Source: Candidatus Hydrogenedentota bacterium (GTDB taxonomy: Bacteria; Hydrogenedentota; Hydrogenedentia; Hydrogenedentales; CAITNO01). From it: a stretch of DNA of 64,000 nt. This document shows positions 63,413-64,000 of the stretch, in pieces (the stretch's first letter is position 1; every line of letters begins with the position of its first letter). Location: the NCBI GenBank assembly GCA_012730045.1, contig JAAYBR010000106.1:64550-128549 (forward strand), read 5' to 3'. The translations under genes were made by a program, and so were the position numbers. The notes below the pieces were generated by a model that saw nothing but the letters and a program-made list of their open reading frames with translations, searched no databases and was not told the DNA's origin.

Positions 63413-63844
63413 GTGCAGATGGCCGATGAAACCACCGATCTCCCGGACCGCCGATACTCCATCGGCGAGGTGAGCAAACTCACCGGGGTGCCGGACTACG
63501 TTCTGCGCCAGTGGGAAACCCACATCACGCAGCTGCGGCCCGGACGCACCCGGTCCAACCGCAGGTTCTACAGCGCAAAACACATTGAGATTGTGCGCCG
63601 CGTCAAGACCTTTGTCCGCCACGAGGGCATGACCCTGGAGGGCGCCCGGCAGCGGCTCACCGCGGAAATCCGCGGGGGGAGCGCGCTGCGCACGCCCCGC
63701 GAGGCCCTCCTCCTGGCGCAGAAGATCGTGGAGGAGGCGCGGACCATCCTCAACCTCCTCGGCCCCGAAGCTCCGCCGGTTTCCACCCCGCCCCCCCCCG
63801 CGCCCCCGGACAACATCCAGATCTTCCGCAGAGAAGACCGGTAG
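63413..63844 (+). CDS. MerR-family HTH transcriptional regulator
   Basis: 143 aa with an N-terminal MerR-type HTH (YSIGEVSKLTGVPDYVLRQWE...RRFYSAKHIEIVRRVKTF) and a Pro-rich C-terminus. Confidence 0.65.
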   Translation: MQMADETTDLPDRRYSIGEVSKLTGVPDYVLRQWETHITQLRPGRTRSNRRFYSAKHIEIVRRVKTFVRHEGMTLEGARQRLTAEIRGGSALRTPREALLLAQKIVEEARTILNLLGPEAPPVSTPPPPAPPDNIQIFRREDR

Positions 63845-64000
63845 CCCTCCGCTCCGCCCCCGGCATCAGCTTTTTTCTTGGTTTTCTCCGTTGTATAATG
63901 TCCGCGGTGTGTGTCGGGCTGTCCTCACTCCCAACCGCAGACGAGATCGCTTATGAATAAGCTGCCTGATTCGCTGAGGGCCCTGTTGAGGGCGGTTGTC

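Noticed and set aside
63952-64000. Partial ORF starting MNKLPDSLRALLRAVV at the window end
   Set aside because: Only 16 codons are visible. There is no basis for a call.

Overview
This is a high-GC (about 65-68%) bacterial chromosomal segment and appears to be ordinary core genome rather than an island. No CRISPR array, integrase or transposase is visible. Most long ORFs in the six-frame track are antisense artefacts of high GC and were discarded. The list below is the set of about 55 CDS that read as real proteins, plus one tRNA.

Housekeeping genes include dnaA (without dnaN), a prs-rplY-pth cluster with tRNA-Gln upstream, rpsT, folC, tsaB-rimI, an HU/IHF-family gene, recG, thiC-dus, pdxA and lspA. 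Metabolic and transport genes include cydAB, a metY / metX-metW fusion / cysK cluster, trkA with two tandem trkH paralogues, a PhoD-family phosphatase, and a cluster of sugar-related genes (GHMP kinase, DegT aminotransferase, a periplasmic sugar-binding protein, a large glycoside-hydrolase-like protein).

The parts that look unusual are:
- A four-gene, translationally coupled ExbB-ExbD-giant TPR-TM/Pro-rich/VIT-vWA operon (3333-8690), which resembles a Ton/Tol-type energizer with an atypical vWA output protein.
- An AmmeMemoRadiSam B-A pair in which protein B carries a Sec signal peptide and the radical-SAM partner is absent from the window.
- A MoxR-DUF58-transglutaminase (TgpA-like) operon convergent with a pdxA-FG-GAP pair.
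- A roughly 900-bp divergent intergenic region (38063-38957) containing an array of long hairpin-forming tandem repeats around a nested perfect palindrome.
- A stand-alone PfaD-like enoyl reductase.
- An NRAMP-like transporter with both metal-binding motifs replaced.
- A perfect 23-bp palindrome overlapping a TATAAT box between phoD and thiC, with no recognisable TPP riboswitch.
- Several textbook sigma-70 consensus promoters, which stand out against the GC-rich background.
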